IMG/VR virus record: IMGVR_UViG_3300037054_000079
Location: 32,110-96,109 of that record
Strand: one strand, 5' to 3'
Source: a virus
DNA length: 64,000 nt
Part shown: piece by piece, positions 40,272-49,404 of the stretch
Position numbering within the stretch: the stretch's first letter is position 1
Layout of the letters: every line of letters starts with the position of its first letter
Notes under the pieces: generated by a model
Database searches by the model: none
The model's input: only the letters and a program-made list of their open reading frames with translations
What the model was told of the DNA's origin: nothing
Translations under genes and position numbers: made by a program

Positions 40272-40637
40272 TTATTCCCCCGCTTTGTCGAGATATTCTA
40301 TTGCAAGCCGTAACAGGGTTTGATTGTCTTTGAAGTGACCAAGCCCATGATTGCAGTTGTTGCACAGGATACCGCGAACCTTTCTTGTTTCGTGGTTATG
40401 ATCGGTCGCCCATGTAGGCATACCATTTCTTCCAGCCGTTCCGTTCGGGGTTGGGCTTTTGCAAATCGCGCAAGCCCGACCCTGTGCATCAAATAGGTCT
40501 TCCCATGCTTCAAGTGTCAGACCAAACTTGTGCTTGATATGAAATCGACGCATATAGTTTGTCCGCGCTACTTTTGCGGCGGCGCTCGAATAGGGGCGCT
40601 TCTCGGCGGCGCGGGAGTTTTGGCGTTTCGTTGTCAT
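40272..40637 (-). CDS. endonuclease VII-like homing endonuclease
   Basis: QGRACAIC, DHNHETRKVRGILCNNCNHGLG. Confidence 0.9.
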   Translation of the reverse strand: MTTKRQNSRAAEKRPYSSAAAKVARTNYMRRFHIKHKFGLTLEAWEDLFDAQGRACAICKSPTPNGTAGRNGMPTWATDHNHETRKVRGILCNNCNHGLGHFKDNQTLLRLAIEYLDKAGE

Positions 40638-40641
40638 CTGA

Positions 40642-41337
40642 TTATTTTTCCATAAGCCAGCCGAGGAACCCGGGCTTAGGTTCGGGGACCGGGGGCTTCA
40701 TAACTGGCTCTCGCGCGGGCGCGGTCAGGTCAACCTTTTTCATTTCCTTGATGGCCGTCGCCTGATCGACGTTGACGTGCGGCTCCCTCATGACTTCCTC
40801 GTCGGGGATAGGCGGCTCGTTCACATTGTAGCACATCTTGCGTTCGGCCTTGCGACGGCTGACGAGACCCGGCAGGACTCGGCCCGCCGCCTTGTCGTAC
40901 AGCAACAGCGCATCGCAGCCCTTGTTCGGCTCACCAGCGTTGATGTAGCGCGCCATGCTCGACTTGCACATAGCGCCGCCGCCAATGTTGTAGGTGGCCG
41001 AGAGCATAGCCGCGTGCCTGTATCCCGGCATGGGAACATGGATGCAACGCTCAAGCATCTTCTCGTAGCGCGGCAAATCATCCGCGAGCATCTTTTGGCA
41101 CTGAATTTTTGTGTATGTGTCACCGATCTTCACGTTCTCGATGTGGCCGTAGCAGACGGTGTTGACGCCTCGCGGATCGAAGCTTTGATGCTCACCGACC
41201 GACTTGCCGCCGTGCATGTTCGTCATACCCTCGACAACAACGAGGAACGCAACCGTGACGGCGACCCACCCGCCGCGACCCTTCGGGTTGATCTTCGTAA
41301 CTTCGGTGTCGAGAGCGGGGTTGTTCGTGTCACTCAT
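40642..41337 (-). CDS. endolysin (GH24 lysozyme), possible SAR type
   Basis: N-terminal hydrophobic segment, EG...D..GVNTVCYGH, YNIG, GLVSRRKAE. Confidence 0.9.
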   Translation of the reverse strand: MSDTNNPALDTEVTKINPKGRGGWVAVTVAFLVVVEGMTNMHGGKSVGEHQSFDPRGVNTVCYGHIENVKIGDTYTKIQCQKMLADDLPRYEKMLERCIHVPMPGYRHAAMLSATYNIGGGAMCKSSMARYINAGEPNKGCDALLLYDKAAGRVLPGLVSRRKAERKMCYNVNEPPIPDEEVMREPHVNVDQATAIKEMKKVDLTAPAREPVMKPPVPEPKPGFLGWLMEK

Positions 41338-41662
41338 GTGGGTTATACCTAGTGTGCCGCCCTTTGCGGGTATTTTTGAAGATGGTCAGTATTTCACGTA
41401 TCCGGTTTTGGCGGTACGGCGACAACAGGGGGTAGAGGGTCATCATTATAGCAGCGGCCCGATAGCCTGCTATCGACCAAATAAAGAGTGGTTTTTTCCG
41501 GCGCAAGCATATATTTCCGTACCCGAAAATACGTTTGAGCTTTTCAAGCGACGGGCTATATTTTTGACCGGAGGACACAACTGGCGTGCGCCTGCTAAGA
41601 GTAAAACACCCTTCGCCATCTAAAAACCCCGCCGCCCAATGAAGATCATGTGTGGAAATCAT
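41330..41662 (-). CDS. free-standing single-motif LAGLIDADG endonuclease
   Basis: WAAGFLDGEGCFTL. Confidence 0.8.
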   Translation of the reverse strand: MISTHDLHWAAGFLDGEGCFTLSRRTPVVSSGQKYSPSLEKLKRIFGYGNICLRRKKPLFIWSIAGYRAAAIMMTLYPLLSPYRQNRIREILTIFKNTRKGRHTRYNPHE

Positions 41663-41970
41663 AGGTCAACGCCCTTTTGGTTCATCAAGCGGAAGATGCC
41701 GCCGACAAAGACGATGAAGATGACGATGGCCGCGAACAAGCGCGGCGGGAGCCACGACATGAACGCAGGTACGATCATGTACGCGGCGGTGAAGGCCATC
41801 AACACGAATTGCGCCCGCATTGACCACAGCTTGTGAAAGTCTCGCCAGTTCGGATCGAACCACAACTGCGCTTGCTGACGCGGCGTCTCTTTCCCGATTT
41901 GCGTCGGGTCAGTCTGCACCACGCGAGCGGGTGCGACTTCGAGAACAACTGGCGCGGCGGGTTCGGTCAT
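41659..41970 (-). CDS. putative holin
   Basis: NWRDFHKLWSMR followed by two TM helices, upstream of endolysin. Confidence 0.7.
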   Translation of the reverse strand: MTEPAAPVVLEVAPARVVQTDPTQIGKETPRQQAQLWFDPNWRDFHKLWSMRAQFVLMAFTAAYMIVPAFMSWLPPRLFAAIVIFIVFVGGIFRLMNQKGVDL

Positions 41971-42214
41971 ATTGAAACCTTTTTGGCTAAGAACCGTGTC
42001 ATGCCTTCTTCCGTGTCGCATCGGCTGTCTATAATCACAAGGGCGACACCCTTGTCCAAAATTATCTTCATGTCCGCGAGCAGTGCGCGTGGCTTCTCAG
42101 CCTCACATTCTGCAATCGAGCCGAAGGTCTTATCGTGCACAACTGCCACCGGGTCACCGGGACCAATAGGCGACAGAAGCAAGTACAGATAGACGGCGGA
42201 CGGCGACATTACGC

Positions 42215-42505
42215 TTACGCCGCCGGTTGAGCCGGGTTCGGATTGACAAGTGGAGCCGGAGTGAGGGGCTTCACAACGACAGGCATCGCGGGGCTGATGG
42301 TCTTTACCGCATCGGCAACTACCTTGGCCTTCGCGGTGGCCACATCGGCGGAAGCTTTTGTTTCGAGCGCCCGGAGCGCGGCCCGGAGATCGGACGGGAC
42401 TCCGCTGATTTTGTCTTTGATGTACTGAGACGAGAACACACCGAGCAGGAACACCGCGCCAAGTGCGCCGAGTAGCCAAAAGCCGTCAAGAGCGAGTTTA
42501 AGCAT
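42215..42505 (-). CDS. membrane protein at head of lysis region
   Basis: N-terminal TM; SD GGAG. Confidence 0.6.
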   Translation of the reverse strand: MLKLALDGFWLLGALGAVFLLGVFSSQYIKDKISGVPSDLRAALRALETKASADVATAKAKVVADAVKTISPAMPVVVKPLTPAPLVNPNPAQPAA

Positions 42506-42544
42506 GGGAGGTCTCCGGGGGAAGGGGGTTAATGTATCCCGTTA

Positions 42545-42571
42545 ACTATACGAAACTGCCCCGTTTGTCAA
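42545..42571 (-). promoter_or_regulatory. candidate promoter for lysis genes
   Basis: TTGACA-15 nt-TATAGT on minus strand (short spacer). Confidence 0.4.
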
Positions 42572-42596
42572 CAAAAGGATTGACGAGGGTCTAACT

Positions 42597-43184
42597 TCAA
42601 GCCTTCATATGGTAATTTCGGCTTGATCGCGACGGTGGGCGCGGGTCCGGGATGTCGGAACGCAGCCATTCGAGCGTTGGCGCTCCAAGTATTTCTTGCG
42701 TCCAGCCTGACATGCTACGCACGAATGGTGCGAGTTCCCGAATGTGCGAGAGCCACGAGCGCCGAAATCCGTGCGCATTGACCCACGGTATTTGACGTTT
42801 GAAGTGCAGCCCCTCCGGCTCCATCGGAACTCCGCAACAGATTATTTTCCGATACTGTTCTTCGCGCGCGATCTTGACGGCGAACAGACCAACCGACCCA
42901 AGCCAGTCGCGGGTCCACTGATCGACGTTCGCGTAGCCTCGATGCGCCCACAGGACAGCGGGGCGCGCTCTCCCGGCAGCCTCACGACGCGATAGCCACC
43001 CGACGAGATTGTCCGGGTGCAGAGTGACACCGTGGTCAATAGCGGTGGGGAAGTCCTCGATCATGGTGTTGCAGACGAAAACCTTCCACGGCAACCCGGC
43101 GGCGGCGCACAGCTTGAGCGCCGCGACGTATTCGGCGAGCGGATCATTGCCGCCGCCTATGACCAGCGCGACGGTATCGGTCAT
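42597..43184 (-). CDS. putative glycosyltransferase-like protein (Rossmann start, MptE/GT29-like pattern)
   Basis: ALVIGGG, VFVCN, GSVGLFAVKIA, KIICCGVPM, HF. Confidence 0.5.
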   Translation of the reverse strand: MTDTVALVIGGGNDPLAEYVAALKLCAAAGLPWKVFVCNTMIEDFPTAIDHGVTLHPDNLVGWLSRREAAGRARPAVLWAHRGYANVDQWTRDWLGSVGLFAVKIAREEQYRKIICCGVPMEPEGLHFKRQIPWVNAHGFRRSWLSHIRELAPFVRSMSGWTQEILGAPTLEWLRSDIPDPRPPSRSSRNYHMKA

Positions 43185-43391
43185 TGCCGAACTCGGAACG
43201 TGATCTCCGGAGTGGAAGCGTAGAACACCGGACCGTGACTGTCCGGGCCGCCCTCGCGCCATATCAGGTTGCCGCCGGGCATCCGATGATTGCACATATA
43301 GAGCGTGGCGGCACTTTGCGCTTCCTCATATGTGCCGCACAGCACTTCGATCAAGAAGAACTCGTCGTTCTGCGCGTGAGCAAAACGCCCC

Positions 43392-44342
43392 TCAACTATC
43401 TTTCCGCTTCTCCGCAGCATTTGCGTTCTCCCGATACCAATCCCAAGTTTCCTGTAGCCCCCGGTCGAGCGAGTATTCCGGCGCGAACCCAAGCCCGCGC
43501 AGCCGACTCAAGTCAAGCGTGCAACACATCCGCCCGTTCGGCATATTGGTGTCGTACTTCACCCGGTCGGGCGATACGCCGCTGATCGCCGACAGTTTCT
43601 CGACGACCTGCTTGATGCTCCATGTTGTGCCGTTGCCGATGTTGATAGCCCCGCTCACATTGGCCATCGTGATATGCACGATCCGAGCGAGGTCTTTGGA
43701 GTAGAGGAAGTCACGCTCCGGCGAGCCGTCGCCCCACAACTCGACTGACGTGCCCAATTTCTCCGCCATATCAAATTTCCAGATCAGCGACGGCAGCACG
43801 TGCCCGTTGACTGGATCGAACTTGTCGCGCGGCCCGTACAGGTTGCCCGAGACGAGGTAGACCCAATCGAGGCCGTAGCTGTCACCGTAGGCTTCGAGCA
43901 TGGCGAGCATCCCGCGCTTGGCGTGTGCGTAGGCGCTCTCCGAGCCGTGCGGGCGACCGTCGAAGATAGTTGACTCAGGGATCGGCGTGACTTTAGGCGG
44001 CCACGCATAGATCGCGTTCGTACCCATGACGACAATCTTTTTCACGCCGACCTGCTTCGAGGCGTCGATCACGGCGGTATTTATGAGCGTGTTTTCGAGG
44101 TATGCGAGACCTTGGTGCTTCATGTTGCCGATTATCCCGTAGACGCGGGCGGCGGCATGGAAGACGTAGACCGGGTGAACCTGTTCGAACAATTTGGCGG
44201 TGGCGTTGAAGTCGCGCAGATCGCAGTTCGACCGTCCTATGCCGACTACGTTGGAGAAGCCCTGAGCTTCGAGATGATCGACAACGGCGGACCCGGCGAG
44301 GCCAAGCGCGCCGGTCACGAGAATGGTGTCTGACTGTTTCAT
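43392..44342 (-). CDS. GDP-4-keto-6-deoxymannose epimerase/reductase (Fcl/GMER-like SDR)
   Basis: VTGALGLAG, HAAARVYGI, YAHAKR, NLYGPRD.F, HVLPSLI, WGDGSPERDFLY; GSSC replaced by GTNA. Confidence 0.88.
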   Translation of the reverse strand: MKQSDTILVTGALGLAGSAVVDHLEAQGFSNVVGIGRSNCDLRDFNATAKLFEQVHPVYVFHAAARVYGIIGNMKHQGLAYLENTLINTAVIDASKQVGVKKIVVMGTNAIYAWPPKVTPIPESTIFDGRPHGSESAYAHAKRGMLAMLEAYGDSYGLDWVYLVSGNLYGPRDKFDPVNGHVLPSLIWKFDMAEKLGTSVELWGDGSPERDFLYSKDLARIVHITMANVSGAINIGNGTTWSIKQVVEKLSAISGVSPDRVKYDTNMPNGRMCCTLDLSRLRGLGFAPEYSLDRGLQETWDWYRENANAAEKRKDS

Positions 44343-45265
44343 GCTTTCCCTCGGGGGTTCATAGCAGCGATGTGGGCGCGACGCTGCAACATCAAGCGTT
44401 GCGTCTCCAAAATTGACTGTTGATGCGATGGACGGGGACTGCGACCCGACCGCGCGAGAGCGATTTGTGCTTCGTCTCGCATTAGCTGAGTTCGTGAGTG
44501 ACTCTGTTCTTTTGACCACGACATAGCCGGGGGCATCGGCGGTGGTGGCGCAGACTTGCCAGCGAGATAAAGTTCGCGTGCCTGCATAAGAGGTCGCCAG
44601 AACTCCGGAGCCTTGACAGAGTGGATCATGACCGCCCCGCGCAGAGCCGCGTTCCACCCCAACTCAAAAGACCGGCGGTCCGAAGAAATTGGTCCAGTAA
44701 TCCCATCGCTGAAATTCTTCCACGGGACCCCGGCTTTGACCGCCAGTTGCACCATGTAATGATCTATGAAAGGAAGCGTCGGGTTCATGTCGAGGTTCTT
44801 GTCCATGATGGGGGCAAGTAGTCGCTCGATCACTTTTCGGCTCATGAAGTACGGCGGCTGGAAAGCGAGCCGTGGAAATCCATCCATGTAGAACCCGAGT
44901 TCGCGCTCCCGCACGTTATCGACGACTAGGTTTGACCACAAGAAATCCGGCTCAGCGTAGAGGTAGTCCGGGATTTTCGGCGAGAGACAAACGCTATCCG
45001 AGTCGTGGCACAGGAAAAAGTCCTCCGGGTACTCCAACAGCATCTTCAAGTGCTCGTACTGACGGTCGAGCGAAAGCTGCCCGGTGTACGCGCGCTTGCC
45101 GCCGAAGCGGCTCTCGATGCCGGGCTGTTGAATTTCGACTTTCGAGTCTATCGGAGACATGATGGTGACCGGGCACTCGTGGTGCAGATACATCTCACGA
45201 GCCGAGGACACTTGAGCAAGGTCCCCTGCGTAGCAATGCACCGAAACGCGCGTGTTCTTATTCAC
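44339..45265 (-). CDS. putative GT-A glycosyltransferase with C-terminal extension
   Basis: HDSDS (DxD), FQPPYFMSR, IDHY, HSVK; paralog of 45262..45963. Confidence 0.65.
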   Translation of the reverse strand: MNKNTRVSVHCYAGDLAQVSSAREMYLHHECPVTIMSPIDSKVEIQQPGIESRFGGKRAYTGQLSLDRQYEHLKMLLEYPEDFFLCHDSDSVCLSPKIPDYLYAEPDFLWSNLVVDNVRERELGFYMDGFPRLAFQPPYFMSRKVIERLLAPIMDKNLDMNPTLPFIDHYMVQLAVKAGVPWKNFSDGITGPISSDRRSFELGWNAALRGAVMIHSVKAPEFWRPLMQARELYLAGKSAPPPPMPPAMSWSKEQSHSRTQLMRDEAQIALARSGRSPRPSHQQSILETQRLMLQRRAHIAAMNPRGKA

Positions 45266-45963
45266 GAATGATCCCCGTTGTATAGCTTGTGCGCGTGCAT
45301 GAGGCACATCAAAGTCTCTCGCGTCTTGACTGCGTGAACAAAGGTCGTTCCGCGATAGCGCACGGCATCCCACGCGGCTCCGGCGAAGAAGGGATCGTAA
45401 GTCGGGAAGCTGACCGCTTCGGGAAATCCCTTCCAGTGCAGTCCGGCTTTGATCGCCAATTGGATGAGCCAGTAGTCGATGAACAGCATCTCCGGGTTCG
45501 GGGTAACACCATCGGCGACGGCGAGCAATCCCTCGATTGTCTTGCGTGACATGAACCACGGGGGATGAAGGGCGATGTGGGGAAATCCTTCGGGATAGAA
45601 TGCTTGCTGTTGCGGGATGTCATCGAGCTTGAGGTTTGTCCACAGCAGGTCCGGCTCCGCATAAAGGTAGTCAGGAAGTTTCGGCGTGAGACAGAATGAG
45701 TCAGCGTCGTGGATCAAGAAGAAGTTTTCCGGGAAAGTCAGCAAGATTTTAAGATGCTCTCGCATACGAGTGATTGCTTTTTCCCCAATATAGCAACGCT
45801 CGCCACCGAAGCGCGTCTCGACATCCGGTATCTCAACCTTCGAGTCTTCGGGTGATAGGACTACGAGCGGACAATCGTGGTGCAGATAGATATCGAGAGC
45901 GTTGACGACTTGTTGTCGGTCACCAGCATAACAACACACAGCGACGCGCGTGTCTTCGTTCAT
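45262..45963 (-). CDS. putative GT-A glycosyltransferase
   Basis: HDADS (DxD), [16 protein letters not shown]. Confidence 0.65.
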   Translation of the reverse strand: MNEDTRVAVCCYAGDRQQVVNALDIYLHHDCPLVVLSPEDSKVEIPDVETRFGGERCYIGEKAITRMREHLKILLTFPENFFLIHDADSFCLTPKLPDYLYAEPDLLWTNLKLDDIPQQQAFYPEGFPHIALHPPWFMSRKTIEGLLAVADGVTPNPEMLFIDYWLIQLAIKAGLHWKGFPEAVSFPTYDPFFAGAAWDAVRYRGTTFVHAVKTRETLMCLMHAHKLYNGDHS

Positions 45964-47003
45964 GGCTTGGTTTCCTCTGCAACATCATGCGCGACCATCT
46001 CGCGCACGAGTTCATGGAAGCTGACTTGACACTTCCATCCAAGCTTCTCAAACGCCTTCGACGGATCGCCGAGCAGCGCATCGACTTCGGTCGGGCGGAA
46101 ATACTTTGGGTCAACATGAACGAGCTTACGGCCAGTCTTTCTTGAGAAGCCGTATTCGTCTACGCCATCTCCCATCCAGCCGATCTCAATCCCGATTTCC
46201 GCAAACGCCAGTTCGACGAACTCCCGCACCGAATGCGTCTCGCCACTGGCGATCACATAGTCGCCCGGCTCCGGTTGTTGTAGCATGCACCACATCGCTC
46301 CGGCGAAATCGCGAGCATGGCCCCAATCGCGCAGGGCGTTCAAGTTGCCGAGATAGAGACAGTCTTGCTTGCCTGCGCTGATCGCGGCGACCGCCCGAGT
46401 GATCTTGCGCGTCACAAATGTCTCACCGCGCCGGGGCGACTCGTGATTGAACAGGATGCCGTTCGAGGCATGAAAGCCGTAGGCTTCGCGGTAGTTGACC
46501 GTGATCCAATAAGCGTACAGCTTCGCCGCGCCGTAGGGGCTGCGTGGATGGAATGGTGTGTGCTCGTTTTGCGGTGGCGGCGAGTTGCCGTACATCTCGG
46601 ATGTTGAGGCTTGATAAAATCGGGTGTCACATCCCAATCCTAGAATGCGCAGACCTTCGAGCAGGCGCAGCGTTCCCATCGCGTCCGAGTTCGCGGTGTA
46701 CTCAGGCGTCTCGAAGCTCACATGCACGTGGCTTTGCGCGGCCAGATTGTAGACTTCGGTCGGCTGCACTTCTTGCATGATCCGAAGTATACCCGTGGAG
46801 TCCGTCATGTCGCCGAAGTGCAACGTGAACTTCGCGCCGCGTTCATGCCGATCATGTTGTAGGTGGTCGATGCGCGCGGTGTTGAACGACGAGGACCGGC
46901 GCTTGATGCCGTGGACCTCGTAGCCCTTGTCGAGCAAGAGTTCGGCTAGGTAGCTGCCATCTTGGCCCGTCACGCCTGTTATAAGAGCGACTTGCTTTGT
47001 CAT
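45960..47003 (-). CDS. gmd: GDP-mannose 4,6-dehydratase
   Basis: [64 protein letters not shown]. Confidence 0.98.
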   Translation of the reverse strand: MTKQVALITGVTGQDGSYLAELLLDKGYEVHGIKRRSSSFNTARIDHLQHDRHERGAKFTLHFGDMTDSTGILRIMQEVQPTEVYNLAAQSHVHVSFETPEYTANSDAMGTLRLLEGLRILGLGCDTRFYQASTSEMYGNSPPPQNEHTPFHPRSPYGAAKLYAYWITVNYREAYGFHASNGILFNHESPRRGETFVTRKITRAVAAISAGKQDCLYLGNLNALRDWGHARDFAGAMWCMLQQPEPGDYVIASGETHSVREFVELAFAEIGIEIGWMGDGVDEYGFSRKTGRKLVHVDPKYFRPTEVDALLGDPSKAFEKLGWKCQVSFHELVREMVAHDVAEETKP

Positions 47004-47839
47004 GCTTTTCCTCTTTGGTATATTTGCTTCTGGAAGATCGTTGCGCGCTCCGCCCGGATACGGTCCACGGTTATCCGGTTGTTTTGAAGTTGCGGCGAGG
47101 GTGACAGGCGGAGCCACGGAGCGGCGCGCATAAGTAGCCCCACTTTATTCCGTCCGGGCGCACTCGCCCCGAGTAAACTCGCGCGGGCAATCAGGTCATC
47201 TCGGGTCAAGATAGCAGGCCAGTTGGTGACACAATGATACCCAAAGCTGCGGGGTCTTGCTGTCGGGATGATTGGACCACGTGAAGTCCAACCTTCGTAA
47301 GAGAAATCCCGAGCGACATCCTCCGGTGCCCACTTGAAGCCGCCACGAGCTTCACACTCTCCCCGATAGGTCTGCGAGATTTGCATGTCATTAAAAATCT
47401 TGAACTTCTCGTCGTAACAAAAATCTATGAGTCGCTTTGTTACCAAAGCGAAGCCGCCGTTGCCGACTTTACATCCGGGCCAGTTCTGACACATGCCAGC
47501 GCCCCACGGTGCGCCGATGTAGTCGTACTGCAAAAATTCGTCCCGCCACATAGCCGGATCGCAGACCCCGGCGTCCCACTCCATGAGCAGGGCGTGCGAC
47601 GTTTCAATGCCGCGCGCTGCTTCGGTATAGTAGAATGCGCCCGACACTCTCTTATCCGGCCAGTCGGCGACCTTGACGTACCGAGCGCCGGGCACGGCGA
47701 GGCGTTCGCAGTCATCCGTATAGATCAGGACGCCCCCGCCGAAGTTGACCTTGCTTATGAGATCGAGGACCGTGATGCGGGTCAGATCGTGCGCGCGAGT
47801 CGTCGGAACGACCAATGTCACGTTCGAGATTTCGGTCAT
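47000..47839 (-). CDS. DUF5672-like putative glycosyltransferase
   Basis: [32 protein letters not shown]. Confidence 0.75.
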   Translation of the reverse strand: MTEISNVTLVVPTTRAHDLTRITVLDLISKVNFGGGVLIYTDDCERLAVPGARYVKVADWPDKRVSGAFYYTEAARGIETSHALLMEWDAGVCDPAMWRDEFLQYDYIGAPWGAGMCQNWPGCKVGNGGFALVTKRLIDFCYDEKFKIFNDMQISQTYRGECEARGGFKWAPEDVARDFSYEGWTSRGPIIPTARPRSFGYHCVTNWPAILTRDDLIARASLLGASAPGRNKVGLLMRAAPWLRLSPSPQLQNNRITVDRIRAERATIFQKQIYQRGKA

Positions 47840-48903
47840 GCGCGCATTCCCATGTTCGCGCGAGCTATCATGGCGCGCTGTAATTGAAGCTGTTGCCCGG
47901 AGAGAGTTGGGCGCGGTGTTGTCTCCGCCGGGTCAAACATCTCTGAAAGTGGTGTCCGAATTATGTGGTCGTTTTTCGGACAAATCGTGGACAAAAACTC
48001 GCGCAGTTTTGCAGTGGCGACCGGCATGTCGAGAACTTTCGCGCAATACCTACCACAAGAACCCCCGCAACTGCAAGGCTCAATTGGCTCGATCCCAAGG
48101 AACGGCGAGAAGCGCGCTCCGGCGCTCGCCCACGAGGCGCGCTCATACCCTCCGATGATTGACACCACAGGGGTCTCAACAGCCATGGCTAGGAGCGTGC
48201 CGAAGCCGCCGGACGTGAACACGAGGGCCGCGCGCGAGAACAATGCCGCAAGCTGTTCGAAGACAAGCTCGCCTTTGTGAAAGGTCACGTCCGCCTTGAG
48301 TTTTGGCCCGACGATCCACTCGCGTCCGGGCACGAGGTCGGCGACCGACACGACAAAGAAATCGTCACGGATGGTGGAGAGCAGTTCCGCGTATTGCGTC
48401 TCGTTGGCGTTGCGCACCGCGCCGCCCGCCCACTCAGGTCGGGCGGTGAGCGGTCTATAGACCATGATTGGTTTCACTGTATTCCACTCTTTCAGCATTT
48501 GTTGAACAGGCGGTTTCCAGTGATCGGGCACAGGCATGCGGAAGTCAGCGGCGGCGAAATCGCAGCCGGTAGCAGCGCACAGAGTTTCAAGGATTGTCTT
48601 GCTTGGGGTCGAGCCGATGCTACGCCCGTTATAGGCGACGCCTATTGAGCGGATGCCCGGCGGCGCGGCACGCGAGAACTTCGCAGCCTCGCTTGATCGC
48701 GCCGCATTCTTCGTTTGAGTGCGGAGATTGACTCTCTTAGACAAGAACTTTACATCGGTAAAATCATCGTAGATGCACGGCCAAGAAGTTTCGAGCCACA
48801 CATCATGGCGCTGCCTAAGCTGATGGATGATCGCCCTCATGTGAAGGCAATCACCCATGCCGTGAAATCCACGGATCAGTAATGGGGACTTCGCTTCCGC
48901 CAT
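47836..48903 (-). CDS. GT9-like (GT-B, heptosyltransferase-type) glycosyltransferase
   Basis: RGFHGMGDCLH, LAALFSRAALVF..G...LAMAVETPVVSIIG, PC.C...C. Confidence 0.75.
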   Translation of the reverse strand: MAEAKSPLLIRGFHGMGDCLHMRAIIHQLRQRHDVWLETSWPCIYDDFTDVKFLSKRVNLRTQTKNAARSSEAAKFSRAAPPGIRSIGVAYNGRSIGSTPSKTILETLCAATGCDFAAADFRMPVPDHWKPPVQQMLKEWNTVKPIMVYRPLTARPEWAGGAVRNANETQYAELLSTIRDDFFVVSVADLVPGREWIVGPKLKADVTFHKGELVFEQLAALFSRAALVFTSGGFGTLLAMAVETPVVSIIGGYERASWASAGARFSPFLGIEPIEPCSCGGSCGRYCAKVLDMPVATAKLREFLSTICPKNDHIIRTPLSEMFDPAETTPRPTLSGQQLQLQRAMIARANMGMRA

Positions 48904-48920
48904 GGCACGGCCTTTTATTA

Positions 48921-48998
48921 TGGTCAGGGCGACAGGATTTGAACCTGCGACCTCCTGTATCCGAGACAGGCGCTCTAACCAAACTGAGCTACGCCCTG
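48921..48998 (-). tRNA. tRNA-Pro (anticodon CGG), CCA encoded
   Basis: Cloverleaf CAGGGCG/CGCCCTG-A-CCA, D-arm GCTC/GAGC, anticodon arm CCTGT-CTCGGAT-ACAGG, T-loop TTCAAAT. Confidence 0.96.
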
Positions 48999-49004
48999 AA
49001 ACCT

Positions 49005-49382
49005 TTAGCCGTGCGTGATAGATGCAGCGGTTAGGGTAACTGGTTGGCCCGCGACAATCGAGACCGAGGACAGAACGATGTCGGTGGCGCTCAGGCCGAC
49101 CGTGAGGCCGGAGATGATGACCGTGCCAGCCGCGTTGAATGCTTCGGCGGCGGCGGCGGTGCCCGAGTTGGCTGCGGTCGCGCAAGTGAGCGGCAAACTG
49201 GAAAACGATAGGACGCCGGAAGTGACGGTGCCGCACGTAGCCGCGAAGTAGATCGTCGCGAGCACGAGGCCCATCGCGGTCGTGCCGATTTCGAGATAGC
49301 CCGGAGGCGTACCGGCGTCAATCGCGGTGACCACATCGGTCATGCGAGTCGTTTTCAGCGTCGTGTTGTATGTGGCAGTCAT
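49005..49382 (-). CDS. virion structural protein (tail fibre-associated)
   Basis: Thr/Ala-rich beta protein, SGTAAAA..F...G motif. Confidence 0.7.
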   Translation of the reverse strand: MTATYNTTLKTTRMTDVVTAIDAGTPPGYLEIGTTAMGLVLATIYFAATCGTVTSGVLSFSSLPLTCATAANSGTAAAAEAFNAAGTVIISGLTVGLSATDIVLSSVSIVAGQPVTLTAASITHG

Positions 49383-49404
49383 GGTGGTCTTCCTTTCGTG
49401 GAGG

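Noticed and set aside
42529-42546. Second CtrA box near the lysis promoter
   Set aside because: TTAA half-sites are 9 nt apart rather than 7
42597-48903. Captured host LPS/capsule operon or prophage boundary
   Set aside because: Genes are coupled, co-oriented and embedded between phage tail and lysis genes, with no wzx/wzy, manB/manC, integrase or att site
48904-49236. N-terminal 110 aa of the supplied 466-aa ORF 47836..49236
   Set aside because: It runs through the tRNA gene and out of frame over gene 49005..49382; the GT9-like motif starts right after ATG 48903
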